Under the pieces are notes generated by a model. The model had not been told where the DNA came from. It saw nothing but the letters and a program-made list of their open reading frames with translations, and searched no databases. From NCBI GenBank assembly GCA_951406725.2, contig OX597815.1, positions 199,330,001 to 199,394,000 of the forward strand: a stretch of 64,000 bases of DNA, in the 5' to 3' direction. A program made the translations under genes and the position numbers. Source of the DNA: Octopus vulgaris. Its lineage: Eukaryota. Within the stretch, counting starts at the first letter, position 1; each line of letters begins with the position of its first letter. Below, piece by piece: positions 40,794 to 54,027 of the stretch.

Positions 40794-41445
40794 GTTTTTT
40801 ATAATCCGATTTGGCAGAAGGGACAGTACCCCTGTGTTTCGCCAGCTCTTTGAGTCCCGTTACACTGACGCTGTTAACCGTGCTGCTTAAAGTCAAACTT
40901 TAGGTAAGACACGAAGAGATGAAACACCAGTTAGAAGTAAACCCTCAGTGAGAATTGACTGGAAATAAGAATTAGTCTAGGAACTTGGAAATAACTTTCC
41001 ACATGAGCGCGATCACATTTCTTTAGGGACTGCAAACCCACTTTTTCGGGAGGATGTTCGAAATGTTTTTTCATTGCTACCCAAAAATCTTAGTGTGTGC
41101 ACTTGAAACCCCCGTAAACCCTGTATCTGATCCTGGACAAAATTTTGGAAAAGACGAAAGACGCGTAAACCGGGGAAATACCTGATTGGAGGTGGCGGGA
41201 GTCCACTTAGCTCCAATAAGCAGAGGTCAGTGGGGAGGTGGTAAAAAGACAATGAGTGAGGATATAACACATCTGTGCATCAGAGGCTGGTAGATAATCT
41301 GTCATGCAGTTTTTGTTACACGATGGGACTTCGAATGACAATGCGCTTACTTTGTGCGGCTGCTTCCTGTTATTTTTGAATAGACAGAAGATGCAACTGC
41401 GTTACGTAGTCTGTATTCCATTGACTCAATTCACCATTTGGTTTG

Positions 41446-41749
41446 GTGGAGGCACATGGCCTAGTGGTTAGAGCAGCGGACTCACGGTCGAGGGATCGCG
41501 GGTTCGAATCTCAGACCGAGTGATGTGTGTGTTTATGAGCGAAACATCTAAGCTTCACGCGGATCCGGCAGAAGGTAATGGCGAACTTCTGCTGACTCTT
41601 TCGCCACAACTTTCTCTCACTCTTTCCTCTTGCATCTTGCAGCTCACCTGCGACGGACCGGCGTCCCGTCAAAGTGGGGAACCTATACGCCAAGGAAACC
41701 GGGAAACCGGCCCTTATGAGCCAGGCATGGCTCGAAAAGGAACAAACAA
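41446..41749 (+). mobile_element. SINE family E (C-type head with V-domain-like body)
   Basis: Head as SINE-C; body CTGCGACGGACCGGCGTCCCGTC...GAAACCGGGAAACCGGCCC; TSD CCATYTGGTTT. Confidence 0.75.
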
Positions 41750-41764
41750 CCATCTGGTTTAACA

Positions 41765-43236
41765 CATACTTTCTGCAGCTCGCCTTTTATCTACATCAAA
41801 ATTTCGACTCCATATCTGCCAACTGGAAGTGCTCTTGAATTAATCTGACAACTTGCTGGGACTGCCTGTCAGGTGACGGTCGTTTAGGAAAAGCGCGGGC
41901 AAAAACTACGCGCCTTCACTAGTCAGTGTCACGTGACAACTTGCTGGGGCTGCCTGCTGGAGGCTATGCGGCAGGTATTTAAAGGAAAAAATTTGACAAG
42001 TCAGTCAGTCACTGGCTGGCACTCGCTGACGATACATCGAAGAGGCCAGGGAACACAAGAAAGAAGAAGAAAGACATGCACCCAACACCAGAGCTGAATA
42101 CACCTCCGAAAGGGGGGGGGGGGCGCCACGTCAAAACGGTAGAGGAGTAGGGGCCGAAACCGGACGTGGTTCCTTCTCATGATGTTTTGAGCTAACTGGA
42201 TCCTATAAAGGAGCTGTTGTGGTAGCAGACCACGAAACACGGTTGTAATTCCCCCATACTTTCTGCAGCTCGCCTCTTATCTACATCAAAATTTCGACTC
42301 CATATCTGCCAACTGGAACTGCTCTTGAATTAATCGCATCAATAACATTTCTTGGATTCGGCTTTGACTGTAATATTTTCTTCTCTCTATGTATACGCCC
42401 TACTTGTAATTTGCTTCATCTCTTCATGGTTTATTTTATCTGCCTCCCGTCTCTCCAAATACATATTTTTTATTTATTTATGCGCCCTTCTCAAGCCTAG
42501 CCAGGCCCATGCGCCCAGTTTCCCGGTTTCTATGGCGTATGTCCCCCCCCCCCCCAGCTGGATGGGGCGCCAGTCCATCGCAGCGTTACTCAAGAAACAG
42601 GAAGAAGGAGTGAGAGAATTTACAGCGAAAGAGTACAACAGGGATCGCTACCACCCCTGCCGGAGCCTTGTGGAGCTTTAGATGCTTTTGTTCAATAAAC
42701 AAACACAGCTCCCTGTCTGGGAATCGAAACCGTGATCCTCCGACCGCGAGTCCGCTGCCCTAAACACTGGGCCATTTGTCATCACAGTAGGAACGTATCC
42801 TTGTTTAAGGCAATCATCAGGGTATGTTGCGGCTGCGATCCTTTCAAGCAACTGTGTAAAATTCCTCAGCCTGTAACCACATACTCTATCCGGCCTGTTC
42901 CTTGCTATACTTTTCAACTTTAACCTCACTGGGTGCAGATCAATTCTGACGTGCCTTTGTTTCGGTACATTAGCAAGCTGCCTCACCACTCTTTTAACTT
43001 GCTACTCTGTATTTCCGTTGTCTCACTGGCCTGTTCCAAAAGTCCTCCTCAAAATGCTTTACTTCCTTCCGCATCGGGAATCAGCACCTGATGTTGCTTC
43101 CCTTCCATTTCCTCAAAAAGCTGTCTTCTGTTCGACTGAATCAATCTATTCTGTTCAAAACCTTTGCATCTAGCCTTATATCTTTTCAATTTGACCTTTG
43201 ACACCGCCACCCTTCCGGACAATTCTTCCTGCACTG
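41765..43236 (-). mobile_element. Fragmented Dong/R4-clade LINE RT region with insertions
   Basis: KLKRYKAR..FEQNRL.QSN..IPDAEGSKAF..PDRVCGYRLRNFTQLLERIA..GYVP.VMTNG (42777-43236); KKILQSK.N.RNVIDAINSRAV..RYG (42255-42468). Confidence 0.7.
42469..42776 (-). mobile_element. SINE-E
   Basis: Matches 60192-60521. Confidence 0.8.
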
Positions 43237-43278
43237 TTTGCTTTTCATCTCTCTTCTAAACTGTACTGTCCATTCAGT

Positions 43279-43309
<31 letters not shown>

Positions 43310-44934
43310 TACTTCTGTCGTGTCGTGTGCAGAGCCGCTATTAAACTCACCAAGAATTTTGGGATTATCATCAAGTTTTACTGTATGAAAATTATTCCGT
43401 TTAGGGTTTGGTTGTTTTAGAAATGGAGAACGACAGAGCGCCAGTACGTCTACCTCGATGCCTGAAGTAGACAGAAGTTTTCTTTTCAGAATCATTTTTT
43501 TTTTTTTTTCCAGGAACTTTATTGTTTATAATAATTTTCAATATGGCTTCTTCTACCAGAGAAATAATAAGAACCAGCATCAAGAAAGTGAGTCTCACTG
43601 CATATGCCCTTTTGAAACAAAACATTGATATAATTCTTGAAACACATGAAAATGAAGTAAAAATAAATAAAATTAATAGAATTCAAAGAAGATAAACGGG
43701 TTAAATATTACAATAAAACATATATTTCTCAACAATTTCTTAACAATTGAACATAAAAAAACGTGAATTCCCACAATAATAACAAACATAATAACAACGA
43801 CAACAACAAAATACACACACTTGCTGTCATGAAAAAATACAACGGAAAAGATAGCATTTTTTAGCTTTGCTCGCGCTGACAGTGACAGGTAGTTTTCAAG
43901 CATGAACTTCCGAACGGAGGAAAAAATTCACTTGGCAGTTTTGTAAACAAATAGGATGCCTATTTTCCAAAAACTTTCAATCAAGTGCAAGCGATGAAGA
44001 ATGTTATCCATCTCAGAATCGTCCTCAGAAGAGACCCTTGCACAGCCTCGTGTGAAAATGAGAACTTTTTGCTTCTTCTCACATATCTTGGTCGGCGTGT
44101 GGCAAAAATGAGAACATCAGACACTCTACCAGAATTAAGATATCTCATGGATGGAGGCATCGATGAGGGAATGTTTCTGTGAAAAAAACCTTTCTCAACA
44201 GCGATGCCCCCCAAAAAGCAATCATAAATAGATTTAGTCGTTATGTGTGAAGACATCACATCCAATGGTCGACAGAATACAGATCTGTATGACTAGTTTT
44301 AAAACTGAGAATGGGGCAAAAGCATCAAGTTGAGCTGATATTACACACACGTGTCCATACACTGGTGCCACAGAGACAATGGTATTTACAAAATCATTGC
44401 TTTCTATGGTACAGTACGGCAGGTAGAGAATGCTCATACGATCAGGATGGCATGAAGTCGAATGTGATCAAGACGGCATAAAGTCGAGTGGGCCCTTACG
44501 TAACTGATATCCCTCACCTCGCAAAGATCATAAAAGTACAGTACCCTGTCGAGGACGTAGGCGAAAAATTTATAACACTGGTGTACTACACGTGTATCCT
44601 TATGGCCATCTGAGGACTTTCTGCATAGAAGACAGCGAAGTGAAGAGGAAACAGCCCGTATCCAAATGGTTTGTCCCATTCTCAAGACCACAGTTTCTTT
44701 CCTCCCACCCAACCAGTAATGCCATCCAATAGCCTTGCCCCCATAAAAAGGGGCATGGGACGTGAGCATGTCTAGTTGCTATATGAGAGTTCCTTGAGAG
44801 TTTTGGGAGCCATGAAGCTAAAAAGACATCTAAAAGAAAATGCGGCCGAACATAGTAGGTTCCGGAAGCTATTTTTCAGCGACACAACTAGCCGAATCTC
44901 CAGAAGTGATAACGAAAATCGATCGGCGTAAGAT

Positions 44935-45345
44935 TGGCTGTGTGGTAAGTAGCTTGCTTACGAACCATATGGTTCCAGGTTCAGTCCCACTGCGTGGTAC
45001 CTTGGGCAAGTATCTTCTACTATAGCCTCGGGCCGACCAAAGCCTTGTGAGTGGATTTGGTAGACGGAAACTGAAAGAAGCCCGTCGTATATATGTATAT
45101 ATATATATATATGTATGTATGTGTGTGTATATGTTTGTGCGTCTGTGTTTGTATCCTCAGCATCGCTTGATAACCGATGCTGGTATGTTTACATCCCTGT
45201 AACTTAGCGGTTCAGCAAAAAAAGTCCGATAGAATAAGTACTAGGCTTACAAAGAATAAGTCCTGGGGTCGATTTGCTCGACTAAAAAGTGGTGCTCCAA
45301 CATGGCCGCAGTTAAATGACTGAAACAAGTAAAAAGAGTAAAGAG
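44935..45345 (+). mobile_element. SINE-A
   Basis: Similarity to other copies. Confidence 0.85.
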
Positions 45346-45556
45346 AGCTCTGAGTGTCAGAAGCGGACAAAACCAAAGTACCCACTTATCGATTTCATTC
45401 CATCCGCTTGCAGGGAATTGGAGGGAAATAGAGATTGAAGAAACCTGGCAGACCGTTTCGAAGAAAAATAAATCAAGCCTTGTTAGAAAGTTTCCCAGAA
45501 ACTTAGGAAAGTGCCGACCTCGGGAACTACTGCAACTTCACGGTAATTAGATTCAA

Positions 45557-45778
45557 AAGCGACGAGCTGGCAGAATCGTTAGCACGTCGGGCGAAATGCT
45601 TAGCGGTATTTCGGCTGCCGTTACATTTTGAGTTCAAATTCCGCCGAGGTTGACTTTGCCTTTCATCCTTCCGAGGTCGATTAAATAAGTACCAGTTACA
45701 CACTAGGGTCGATGTAATCGACTTAATCCCTTTGTCTGTCCCCGCTGTGTTTAACCCCTTGTGGGTGGTAAAGAAATA
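45557..45778 (+). mobile_element. SINE-B with 15-bp TSD
   Basis: GGTAATTAGATTCAA at 45542 and 45779. Confidence 0.9.
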
Positions 45779-46614
45779 GGTAATTAGATTCAAGAAAATG
45801 GACTACTGGAATTGCTGTTTCAAGTGGAAGATAAAGAACCAATCAAAGAGTTGTGTCGCAAAATACCTGTCCAACGAAAAAGGACACGGGAAAAGCTAAT
45901 GTATCTGTTTTACGAAACACAGAGACTTAGCTTAAGCCCTCGAGAAATCAATTACATGTGGCATTTGCCAACAAATGAAACAACACGTCAGTCATTTACT
46001 AGGACAAGTCTTATTGAGTGTCTGGCTGACCTTTGAAACTGAGGACGGAGCGCAGTGTGGTGGTGTGGAAACAGAGCAAGAAACATCCAGCCATAAGCTT
46101 GTACCCGTTTAAAACAAAGGTTGGCAATCAGGGACAGTGGTAATGATATTGACGCCTAGCACGTTCTCAGATTCGTAAAATAAAAAGTGGGTGGTGTGCG
46201 AGAGCAGACATCAAGATAAATGGCATCTGATCGGGAAGGGACCGTATCAGCTTACGAGTTTTAACGATATGTTACCAGAAAACTGCCATACCGGAAGTAT
46301 TCGTGTCACGATCTAGAAAGCTGCAATTAGATTGTTAGCAAACGTTGCTCAGTAAAAAGAAAAAAAATACAGATGATCTATTTAAAGGTTTTGTACCATG
46401 GGACATTAGACAGATAACGACAGCGGTATGTGGGAAAGTGAGACACGACAGACCGCAGTAGAATAGAAGCAAGTAAACAATAGCAACTTCCGGATTCTGT
46501 CCTTTGCAGTTGTGACATGAGTGTGCGAACGAAATTTGTTGAGGGTTACAAAGCCAAGCCCAAACCATTTCACAAACAAGGCTGATTGTTTCAATTTTAA
46601 TAACAAAACATAAA

Positions 46615-46918
46615 GACGCGTGGCTTAGTGGTTAGGGTATTCGGTTCACGATCGTAAGGTTGTGAGTTCAATTCTCGGCGATGCGTTGTGTCCTTGAGCA
46701 AGACACTTTATTTCACGTTGCTCCAGTCCACTCACCTGGCAAAAAAATTGTAGTACCTGTATTTCAAAGGGCCAGCCTTGTCACATTCTTTCTCACGCTG
46801 AATCCCCATGAGAACTACGTTAAGGGTACTCGTGTCTGTGGAGTGCCCAGCCACGTGCACGTTAATTTCCGCTGATCAGATCAGCTGAGACCCTTGTCGT
46901 CGTAACTGATGGAGTGGC
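46615..46918 (+). mobile_element. SINE-D (own head with SINE-C-type body)
   Basis: GACGCGTGGCTTAGTGGT..GAGTTCAATTC..GTTGTGTCCTTGAGCAAGACAC, then TACCTGTATTTCAAAGGGCC..GGAGTG. Confidence 0.75.
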
Positions 46919-46937
46919 AATATCAGGTATAACAATC

Positions 46938-47152
46938 ATTTCTACTATAGGCACAATGCCTGAAATTTGGTGAGGTGGGGTGAACTAGTTGACCAGATCG
47001 ACCCCAGTACTCAACTGGTACTTAATTTATTGAGCCCGAAAGGATGAAAGGTAAAGTCGACGTTGGCGGAATTTGAACTCAAAACCTACCGGCAGACGAC
47101 ATACCGCTGAGCATTTCGCCCGGTGCGCTAACGATTCTGCCAGCACGCCGCC
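46938..47152 (-). mobile_element. SINE-B-related copy
   Basis: Head and core present; degenerate TSD ATATYAGGTATAAYAAT. Confidence 0.8.
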
Positions 47153-47202
47153 TTGATATTAGGTATAATAATGATAATTATTATTATTATATTTGCACAT
47201 TA

Positions 47203-47415
47203 AGGCGACGAGCCGGCAGAATCGTTAGCAGGTCGGGGGTAAATGCTTAGCGGCATTTCGTCCGTCATTATTTTCTGAGCTTAAATTTCGCCGAGGACGA
47301 ATTTGATTTTCATTCTTTCGGGGTCGATAAAATAAGCACCTGTTGAGCACTGGGGTCGATGTATTCGATTTCCCCAACTTCCCCAAATTGCTGACCTTGG
47401 GCTAAAATTTGAAAT
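47203..47415 (+). mobile_element. SINE-B-related copy, head-to-head with previous
   Basis: Head and core present. Confidence 0.8.
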
Positions 47416-48045
47416 CATTATTATATTTATACGTTAGTCAAAAATTGCTAACTTCAATAATGGAAAAGTAATGGTTCAATTCAGTCCTAAAATGTTTCTG
47501 CGCTTGTTCGTTTTGACAATGAAGATTTTCAGGAGAATATCCAAAGAATTTTCGTTGCCCCCACCCTACCACCAGCACCACTGAGCCAATAAGTCACGAG
47601 GACAGCAAAAAAAAAAAGTCTAACGAGATTGTTAGAAAGACAGGAGAGATTTTGTTTGGATTGTTTGAGTTCAAACTCCATCGGATATGAATTTGTCTTT
47701 CATCCTTCCGATAGTCGATAAATAAGCACCTGTTGATAATTGTGGTTTAGTCAATCAAACGATCTCTCCTTAAAATGTCTGGCAGCAAAGTAGAAAAATT
47801 TAAAGCAATGAAACAAATGCGTAACAATATTTTAGACTCGTCCATTTGTGTCTGAGTTTAAATCCAGATGGCGTATTCGCCTATGTGATCAATAAAATTA
47901 GTATCACTCAAATACAAATACTAGAATGTGTTCACTGAAATGGAGTGGGGTCGATAAAATCGACGTAAGTGCTGCACTATTAAACGCTTGTCTTCTGTGT
48001 CAATGTAAGAAGACGGATATTAACTAGACAGAAGCTGTGTCGATA

Positions 48046-48187
48046 TCTTATTTCTTTATTGCCCACAAAGAGCTAAACATAGAGGGGACAAACAAGACCA
48101 GACAAAGGGATTATGTCGATTACATCGACTCCAGTGCGTAACTTGTACTTAATTTATCGACCCCGAAAGGATAAAAGGCAAAGTCGA
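48046..48187 (-). mobile_element. SINE-B 3' fragment
   Basis: Tail and core present. Confidence 0.8.
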
Positions 48188-48328
48188 GGTAAAAATTTGA
48201 TCATGCTAGTGAAATCTATAACCACCACCAACTGTCGTTTGAAGCTTGCCTTCAGGATATGAAATTCTTAACAATAAATTGTACTGTAACGTGAGCTACG
48301 TTATATATTAACTCTATTCTATTCTAAT

Positions 48329-48712
48329 GTGGAGGCGCAATGGCCCCAGTGGTTAGGGCAGCGGACTCGCGGTCATAGGATCGCGGTTTCGATTCCCAGA
48401 CCGGGCGTTGTGAGTGTTTATTGAGCGAAAACACCTAAAAGCTCCACGAGGCTCCGGCAGGGGATGGTGGTGATCCCTGATGTACTCTTTCACCACAACT
48501 CTCTCTCTCTTACTTCCTGTTTCTGTTGTACCTGTATTTCAAGGGGCCGGTCTTGTCACTCTCTGTGTCACGCTGAATATCTCCAAGAACTACGTTAAGG
48601 GTACACGTGTCTGTGGAGTGGTCAGCCACTTACACGTTAATTTCACGAGCAGGCTGTTCCGTTGATTCGGATCAACCGGAACCCTCGTCGTCGTAACCGA
48701 CGGAGTGCTTCC
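48329..48712 (+). mobile_element. SINE-C full length
   Basis: Box A TGGCCCCAGTGG, box B GTTTCGATTCC; TSD ATTCTATTCTAA. Confidence 0.9.
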
Positions 48713-49057
48713 ATTCTATTCTAAGTATTTTATGATTTTTTAAAAGTTATCCTGAAAAATAGTATTTTGAAATACAAACCCCTCACTATACACACGCACG
48801 CGAAGTCCACTATATATATATACACATATATGTATTCACATATGTACGAGTGTGTGTGCGCGTATGTGTGTGTGTTTTTTGTGTGTGTGAGTGTGTGTTT
48901 TAGTCTATGCGTGTGTGTTCCGCTTGCTATTCTCTCTTACTTTGTCTCATAATTTTTCTATCATTTATGTTTCTATTTCTCGTTGCCTTCTTTCTATCTC
49001 TGTTACTTTAATACCATTAAAATATCCCACTCTCTCTTTTTCTATCTTTATCTCTTT

Positions 49058-49137
<80 letters not shown>

Positions 49138-49465
49138 GAAGTCAAGTTGCCAATTATCAGTTTTAACAGTGGACTTGATTAATGGAGAGCTGCCGCCGCT
49201 GATTATGCGTGGGTAACTTAAATTGCCATATCAACTGATTTTAATTAATTTAAGCAGAAAGTCAAATTTTATGGATAAAATTTCAAATTATGGTCCCGAC
49301 CAAACACAGCTTTCTCTTCTATGGACAATTTGCTACAGATTATGTTTCCATCATTGATGTCATGAAGGAAAACGGTTTACAAGATGCGCACGTTTTGATC
49401 TGGCTAACAATTGAGATTCACTTTAATCAAATTAATTCTATCGTAAATTCAGATTATACAGTATA

Positions 49466-49887
49466 GGCGCAGGAGTGGCTGTGTGGTAAGTAGCTTGCTA
49501 ACCAACCACATGGTTCCGGGTTCAGTCCCACTGCGTGGCATCTTGGGTAAGTGTCTTCTGCTATAGCCCCGGGCCGACCAATGCCTTGTAAGTGGATTTG
49601 GTAGACGGAAACTGAAAGAAGCCTGTCGTATATATGTATATATATATATATGTATGTGTGTGTGTGGGTTTGTGTGTCTGTGTTTGTCCCCCTAGCATTG
49701 CTTGACAACCGATGCTGGTGTGTTTACGTCCCCGTCACTTAGCGGTTCGGCAAAAGACACCGATAGAATAAGTACTGGGCTTACAAAGAATAAGTCCCGG
49801 GGTCGATTTGATCGACTAAAGGCGGTACTCCAGCATGGCTGCAGTCAAATGACTGAAACAAGTAAAAGAGTAAAATAGTAAAGAGTA
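49466..49887 (+). mobile_element. SINE-A full length
   Basis: Head, body and tail present. Confidence 0.9.
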
Positions 49888-49940
49888 GAAAAAGCTTCAT
49901 AAACTAACCATTACCAATACCACATGGTTAACTTACATGT

Positions 49941-50450
49941 GTTGTTTAAACGCCTGGAGCTGCGGGTTATAGTCGATGGGGTAAAAAGACCCTTAAAAAA
50001 TGTGTAGTTTTAACAATCACAATATACTTCATATCCTCGGAGTTGCAGGGTTTCTAGACAGTAACTGGGCGAAAGAACTATTCAGTAGTGTTGAAACCCA
50101 GATGTGCCCTCAAATAAGAATTCACTTTGCATAGATTACAACAAATACACCAAAAGGTTTCCAAAGACCAATTGTAAAGGAGGCCTAAACGGCTAGTGAT
50201 GGCAATCTCTTCTACAAGAGAGAATGGAAATTTCAAATCTTTGGTCGAACAATACAAATTTTGGCAAAAGATGGACGGAGGAGTGGCTATTTGATAAGTA
50301 GCTTGCTTACGAACCTCATGGTTTCGGGTTCAGTCCCACTGCGTGGCACCTTGGGCAAGTGTCTTCTACTGTAGCTTCGGGCCAACCAAAGCCTTGTGAG
50401 TGGATTTGGTAGACGGAAACTGAAAGAAGCCTGTCGTATATATGTGTATA

Positions 50451-50520
<70 letters not shown>

Positions 50521-51141
50521 TATATATATAAATGTGTGTGTATATGTTTGTGTGTCTGTGTTTGTCCTTCTCCCACCAACATCGTTTGACAACCGATGCT
50601 GGTGTGTTTACGTCCCTGTATCTTAGCGGTTCGGCATAATTGCCTAAGATGAAAGCTCAATAGAAAACAAGAGAGCTCTACATGCCTGGGGGTGGGCGGA
50701 GACACTGGAGGACTTACACGTTAATAGAACTGAAATGGGAGGGGTAACAATGGAACTGGTGCCAGATCCTGCCACGGTTCTCGAAACGAACAAAAATCGA
50801 TGAAATTCATGCTTGCCTTAAATGTTCACCGATTAATATAAAACTTTTCAAACTGTCTACAAACATGTGAGCCAGTCTTTTGAAGATTATGGGTTGTTTA
50901 AACGCCTGGAGCTGCGAGTTATAGTCGATGGGGTAAAAAGTCCCTTAAAAATGTATAGTGTTAACAATCACAGTATACTTCATATCTTTGGGGTTGCAGG
51001 TTTTCTAGGCAGTAACTGGGTGAAAAAACTATTCAGCAGGGTTGGAACCTAGATGTGCCCTCAAATAAGAATTCACTTTGCATAGAATACAACAAATGCA
51101 CCGAAAGGTTTCCAAAGATCATTTGTAAAGGAGGCCTAAAC
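49941..51141 (+). repeat. ~250-bp direct repeat pair (49941-50190 and 50893-51141)
   Basis: GTTGTTTAAACGCCTGGAGCTGCG...GGAGGCCTAAAC twice, roughly 90% identical by eye. Confidence 0.85.
50278..50636 (+). mobile_element. SINE-A lacking tail
   Basis: Similarity to other copies. Confidence 0.85.
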
Positions 51142-51230
51142 AGCTGGTTTTTTTGCTAAAATTTTGTTGGGGATCAAATGTTTCGTTCAGGCACCATGGT
51201 TCCCTGAACCCGGCGGCTATAAGCGCAGTG

Positions 51231-51889
51231 GTTGAGACAACAAACGAATTGAAATCGTAGGTATTTCTCAACCGATTACAACATTAACTTGTACACATAT
51301 GACTGTGAGAAAAATGCTTAAACCAACAGCATCAACTTGCAGCTGTTGCAGATACATCCCAGAAATAGTAATAGCTACAAATCAATAGTCACTATTGTGG
51401 ATCAGCATGTAATATTTCATTATCCAGCAGAAATTTGAAATCTATTAGAAACGTTATGTCTACTGCCAGACAGACATCAGCTTATATAAACTATCCACAG
51501 TAATTCTGCTGCGTTATCTAGATCAGCTGTAGTTATGCAATTTCATGAGACTAATGGGTTAGTAATTTATGATACATGTCACCGTTAATACTATTGTCAT
51601 TAAGTATAGCAGAGGAGAGGATGCAATTATAAGTCCACTCATACCAACAGGTGTGCCCCTTACGATTAAGGAGACTAGTTTCCAGAACACCCAAGCTTTG
51701 CAATGTATTTCAATAAACACCAAGGGCCCAAGGGCAAACATTAATAATAACTGGACATCATCTTGAGGAATACCGCTTCGTTGATGATCAATTTTAAGTA
51801 GGATCCTCAGAAGATTGAAGAAATCATTATTCTATTTACGTTCCTATATTAAAACCATGGCATTGTATATCCCGAGGTGCTGACATGAT
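51231..51889 (+). pseudogene. Helitron Pif1-like helicase C-terminal remnant
   Basis: VILLRYLD..LCNF.RL..IHVT..GEDAII.PLIPT.VP..SFAM.SIN..GQTL..VGS..IVYPEVL* with stops and frameshifts. Confidence 0.7.
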
Positions 51890-52006
51890 CGTTTCAGAAT
51901 TAACAATGACATTCATAGAGCAAATCTAAAATCATACACACTGCAAACTCTTAATATAATTTCTTTATTTCTGCATGTATTGACATTCCAATATTTTAAG
52001 CTATCA

Positions 52007-52612
52007 GGGCGGTGTGCTGGCAGAATCGTTAACACGCCGGGCGAAATGTGTGGCCGTATTTCGTCCGCCGTTACGTTCTAAGTTCAAATTCCGCCGAGGT
52101 CGACTTTGCCTTTCATCCTTTCGGGGTCGATAAATTAAGTACCAGTTACGAACTGGTGTCGATGTAATCGACTTAATCCGTTTGTCTGTCCTTGCTTGTC
52201 CCCTCTGTGTTTAGCCCATTGTGGGTAGTATAGAAATAGAAATAGGTATTTCGTCTGCTGTTACATTCTGAGTTCAAATTCCGCCGAGGTCGACTTTGCC
52301 TTTCATCCTTTCGGGGTCGATAAATTAAGTACCAGTTACGCACTGGGGTCGATGTAATCGACTTAATCCGTTTGTCTGTCCTTGTTTGTCTCCTCTGTGT
52401 TTAGCCCCTTGTGGATAGTAAAAGAAATAGGTATTTCGTCTGCCGTTACGTTCTGAGTTCAAATTCCGCCGAGGTCGACTTTGCCTTTCATCCTTTCGGG
52501 GTCGATAAATTAAGTACCAGTTACGCACTGGGGTCGATGTAATCGACTTAATCCGTTTGTCTGTCCTTGTTTGTCCCCTCTATGTTTAGCCCCTTGTGGG
52601 CAATAAAGAAAT
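52007..52612 (+). mobile_element. SINE-B trimer
   Basis: One full head, then restarts at GGTATTTCGTC at 52245 and 52430. Confidence 0.9.
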
Positions 52613-52820
52613 AAATATTTGAATCTATAGATTTCCTGTGGGATCCCCGGTTTTTACTTTTTATTGTCAAGCGAGGATCATAGTCCAACACTCCAGGATT
52701 TTTTCCTTTTTTTTTTAACTCCGAATTATTTAAAGAATTAGAAAATTTCAAATTTGGCTCACACGAATAACGTTATTTTCACATTCACTTTATTCTTTCT
52801 TATTTAGAGTACTTGAATAA

Positions 52821-53045
52821 TACGCGTGGGGTAGGTGCCGAAAAGTTCCTAGCTTTATGGGTGTCGCGAAAGACCTGGTTGGAGCCCAACTTTCCTGGTT
52901 CTTTTACAGGGCTTAGAAAAGCTGAAGGATCGCTATAATAAGTGTGTGAGTCTGAGAGAGGAATATGTTCAATAAAATCATAATTAACTGATCCTCCTGT
53001 ATTTCCTTTTACCCAAAGAAGGAACTCTTCAGCACCCCTTTTGTA
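52821..53045 (+). mobile_element. mariner-derived MITE
   Basis: Imperfect TIRs GGTGCCGAAAAGTTCCT..CTTT and AAAG.AGGAACTCTTCAGCACC; remnant resembling KLKDRYNKCVSLR.EYV. Confidence 0.65.
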
Positions 53046-53048
53046 TGC

Positions 53049-53110
<62 letters not shown>

Positions 53111-53350
53111 GAGGAGAGAGACAGACACACACACACACACAAGCATACACATATATAAAGATACATGCATACATAGATAATATGCATATACACACATGTG
53201 CATACATATACATACATATTGATATACGCATATACATATACGTACATGTGTGTGTGTAAGTGTGCGTGCATGTATGTGTATGTACATAAGAGCATAGCAA
53301 GAGAGAAAGAATGATTGATAGATGAACAGATAGATATAGGTATGAATATA

Positions 53351-53400
<50 letters not shown>

Positions 53401-53451
53401 CATATACATACATATATATATTTGAGTAGTTGAATGAATTGTTTTATTAAG

Positions 53452-53526
<75 letters not shown>

Positions 53527-53983
53527 CAGATGTGTGTGTGCGTGTGTACACCTACACATCATACACACACATGCATCGCACACCCACACAAACATACACT
53601 TGAATAATGTAAGATTAAAACACGCTTCAACAAAATTTTAAACATTGAACAAAGAAAATAGGAGCGTAGAAGTTGTGTGAAACCTTTGCTGTACAACAAG
53701 TTAGTACAGGTTTTAACTCTCATTTTATAACCGGATATAATTTCATTAGTATTTAGAAATGTCCTCGTTAAATATATATTTCTATATAGAGAACCAGATA
53801 TGAGTTTGCAATTCAGAAGTTGGCTACTTACTACTTGTTGGTGAAACGAGTTATGATTTTTTAAAAAAGAGCAATTCAACATAAAGCTAAAGAATTATTC
53901 AATATTTCTTGTAGATTACGTATTTTCTAATCCTTTACGAGAAGACGACTGACAGTGAATTCGGTATCGGTCAACAGTCTTCC

Positions 53984-54027
53984 ACAGTTCGACGAAAACT
54001 GGTAGTCTGAAACTTCGAAGTTGCTGT
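53984..54027 (+). ncRNA. Minimal hammerhead-like motif with 10-nt palindromic stem III
   Basis: acagu UCGACGA aaacu-ggu-agucu GAAA cuucgaag UU gcugu. Confidence 0.55.

Noticed and set aside
48329-48405. tRNA-like sequences at SINE heads
   Set aside because: They have A and B boxes but no proper acceptor stem, and they are attached to SINE bodies with TSDs.
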